Below are positions 62,277 through 64,000 of a stretch of DNA of 64,000 nt, in pieces. Source of the DNA: Gammaproteobacteria bacterium (GTDB lineage Bacteria; Pseudomonadota; Gammaproteobacteria; Pseudomonadales; Azotimanducaceae); NCBI GenBank assembly GCA_003248125.1, contig QJXZ01000089.1, forward strand, positions 3,995-67,994, read 5' to 3'. Each line of letters starts with the position of its first letter. Position 1 is the first letter of the stretch. Under the pieces are notes generated by a model that was not told the DNA's origin, did no database searches, and was given only the letters and a program-made list of their open reading frames with translations. The translations under genes and the position numbers were made by a program.

Positions 62277-64000
62277 GTGTATCGAGCAGCCACCTACGTG
62301 ACATGTGTCCTCGCAGCCGCCTCCGTGTTTCTACTGGCCGGCTATCGATATGAAGACGCTACCTGGCTCCTTGGCCCTGAGCCAATCTTCATCGCGACGA
62401 CGTTCAGCTTTCTCTTCCTGGGGCTCCTCATCCTCACTCGTCGGTGGCTGACAAGCGGAGGGTTCTTAAAGAATACGTTCACTATCGCTCTTGCGAGCGC
62501 GCTCACGGGAGGGACGCTACTCGCAGCAGTAGTGGTGATGCAGGTACCGTTCTCTGGGCTGGCAGTCATCGATGAAACCCTCCTGATGTTCACCTTGGTG
62601 CTGCTCAATCAGAAGACCGTTCCGCCAAATGCGTCCTTAGCGATCAACACGTGTGCATTTCTGTTCACGATATATCCGAGCATCGTGAACGGAAGCGTAA
62701 CGGACTTGTTCCACTATCATCGAATTCCTCCGGACGAATCCATCAACTACATCCTCACGTCGAGACACGACGTAAGGGTTGTCGATCAAGCCGTCTTCCA
62801 GCCGCCGTCGAAGGTGCTGGGCGGTGGCTTTGCGCGCATTGATGATCGACGAATACTCCTCGCTAGCGGTGATGGTCGGATGGTGGTGCTAACGTCAGAT
62901 GAGGAAGGTGTTGACGTTCTCGGCACGGAACTGAGGTTTCCCTTGGCCTATAGCGCGTATTCGGCGGCGGTAGAACGGCCGACGCCATTCTTCCGCGTCA
63001 CAGGTGTGTTGCTCGATGACGCCGGCTCAGACCCGCGTCGATTGTATATCGCTCACCACGCATGGAATGAGGAGGACTCATGCTTGACGTTGAACCTCTC
63101 GGAAGCTGAGTGGAACCCCGATCAGGTGCATGCCGAATTGGTTAGCTTGGAGTGGATCAGCCGATATCACACCGAACATTGCATCCCAGCCAGCGGGCTC
63201 GGTAACCGATCGGGTGGGCGGTTGGCGTTCTTGGATCGAACGAGAATTCTGATGACGATCGGCGATCACGCAACCAAGGAGGTTTTGGATCTCGATCGTG
63301 ACTACGCATGGGAGTATGGGACGATCGTTCTCCTGCGGACCGATGACTGGACCGCTCGACCCTTTACGACCGGGCACCGAAATCCACAGGGACTGTTGGT
63401 CGATGGTGAACGGGTTTGGTCGACAGAACACGGACCACAGGGGGGCGACGAACTCAATCTACTGGTTGAAGGCGCGGACTATGGTTGGCCACGTTCGACG
63501 TACGGCACTGAGTACGGGCAAAGGAGATGGCCACTAATCGAAGGGGACGATCCGCATGGAGCGGGGACAAAGCCCGTGTTCGCCTGGGTTCCATCGATTG
63601 CCATTTCGAATCTGATACGGATTCGAGGCGATACATTTCCAGCGTGGACAGGCGATCTGATGCTTGGCTCCCTGCCAGGCTTGGGGAATGGCAACTCGAT
63701 CTTTCGAGTCAAGCTCGATGGGCTACGTGTCGTCATGGTCGAGAGGATTTACACGAAACGCTCCGTACGTGACCTGATAGAAGCGACCGATGGCAAGCTG
63801 ATTCTTTGGGACGGATCCGAAACGATCCAGATCGTGGAACCGGCAACACATGTCTTCTCGCCATGTAGCGGGTGTCACGCTCTTCGATGGCGATCGCACG
63901 GAATCGGGCCGGATTTGATGGGGATTGTCGGCGAGAGAGTGGCGCACCACGACGATTACCAATACTCGGATGCTCTTCGTTCACTAGGCGGAAGATGGAC
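62277..64000 (+). CDS. membrane-anchored PQQ-dependent sugar (glucose/sorbosone) dehydrogenase with C-terminal c-type cytochrome domain; 3' end outside window
   Basis: Not in ORF track (no stop in window). Hand-translated frame opens after TAG at 62274 with GTG at 62277. About 4 N-terminal TM helices, then beta-propeller motifs GHRNPQGLLVDGERVWSTEHGPQGGDELNLLVEGADYGWP and KPVFAWVPSIAIS. Heme motif CSGCH near 63867. Confidence 0.8.
   Translation, partial: MYRAATYVTCVLAAASVFLLAGYRYEDATWLLGPEPIFIATTFSFLFLGLLILTRRWLTSGGFLKNTFTIALASALTGGTLLAAVVVMQVPFSGLAVIDETLLMFTLVLLNQKTVPPNASLAINTCAFLFTIYPSIVNGSVTDLFHYHRIPPDESINYILTSRHDVRVVDQAVFQPPSKVLGGGFARIDDRRILLASGDGRMVVLTSDEEGVDVLGTELRFPLAYSAYSAAVERPTPFFRVTGVLLDDAGSDPRRLYIAHHAWNEEDSCLTLNLSEAEWNPDQVHAELVSLEWISRYHTEHCIPASGLGNRSGGRLAFLDRTRILMTIGDHATKEVLDLDRDYAWEYGTIVLLRTDDWTARPFTTGHRNPQGLLVDGERVWSTEHGPQGGDELNLLVEGADYGWPRSTYGTEYGQRRWPLIEGDDPHGAGTKPVFAWVPSIAISNLIRIRGDTFPAWTGDLMLGSLPGLGNGNSIFRVKLDGLRVVMVERIYTKRSVRDLIEATDGKLILWDGSETIQIVEPATHVFSPCSGCHALRWRSHGIGPDLMGIVGERVAHHDDYQYSDALRSLGGRW

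Noticed and set aside
1-64000. Whole-window scan for CRISPR arrays, IS elements/inverted terminal repeats, rRNA, toxin-antitoxin pairs and restriction-modification or other known defence genes.
   Set aside because: None recognised. There are no regularly spaced direct repeats, no transposase, integrase or recombinase motifs, and no nuclease, helicase or methylase defence signatures. This was a by-eye search, so short or degenerate elements could have been missed.

Overview
High-GC, gene-dense chromosomal window from a Gram-negative bacterium. A gammaproteobacterium of the Xanthomonadales/Nevskiales type is my guess from protein families only. GC looks like mid-60s % by eye; I did not compute it. 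I can support about 70 protein genes and two tRNA-Arg genes. I saw no rRNA, CRISPR array, transposase, integrase or phage gene. All family calls come from motif recognition in the supplied translations, with no database search. Gene order, left to right: (1) housekeeping genes: acyl-CoA ligase fragment, gamma-glutamyltransferase, msrB, alaA-like aminotransferase, NAD-kinase-like, FAD oxidoreductase, epmC, GGCT, tusA. (2) 8.5-21.7 kb: a 12-gene, same-strand, translationally coupled envelope operon, described below. (3) A complete sufBCDS-sufA-sufT-sufE operon. (4) An orphan promoter/operator plus hypothetical gene, a YcgR-like PilZ protein, and a DUF2064/GT2 pair. (5) tRNA-Arg(CCT), a His/Gly/Tyr-rich secreted protein, yeiH, hemerythrin, a SPOR protein, the Na+-pumping oxaloacetate decarboxylase oadGAB, and tRNA-Arg(ACG). 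(6) Sulfatase, persulfide-dioxygenase/rhodanese fusion, and a 942-aa secreted coiled-coil/HExxH protein paired with an S8 subtilase. (7) A B12 operon: ACAD, PduO adenosyltransferase, leaderless BtuF-like protein, TetR, IcmF. (8) Mixed oxidoreductase and transport genes: BVMO, LLM oxidoreductase, DUF4242, winged-helix/TPR regulator, GPH-type transporter, hotdog/MaoC/SDR. (9) A membrane-anchored PQQ sugar dehydrogenase-cytochrome c that runs off the window. The main candidate for an undescribed system is the operon at 8.5-21.7 kb. It is built around an orphan MotA/TolQ/ExbB-type proton channel. It has no ExbD/TolR/MotB partner. Instead it encodes two paralogous proteins with an ExbD/TolR-like Asp-containing TM helix, a coiled coil and a MIDAS-intact vWA domain. 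Also present are a cytoplasmic protein with a degenerate Hsp70/actin-like fold, a PEGA-repeat/FGE-fold protein, TPR proteins, a TonB_C-domain protein and five lipoprotein or secreted proteins. Both window-edge genes are missing from the supplied ORF track because they have no in-window stop codon.
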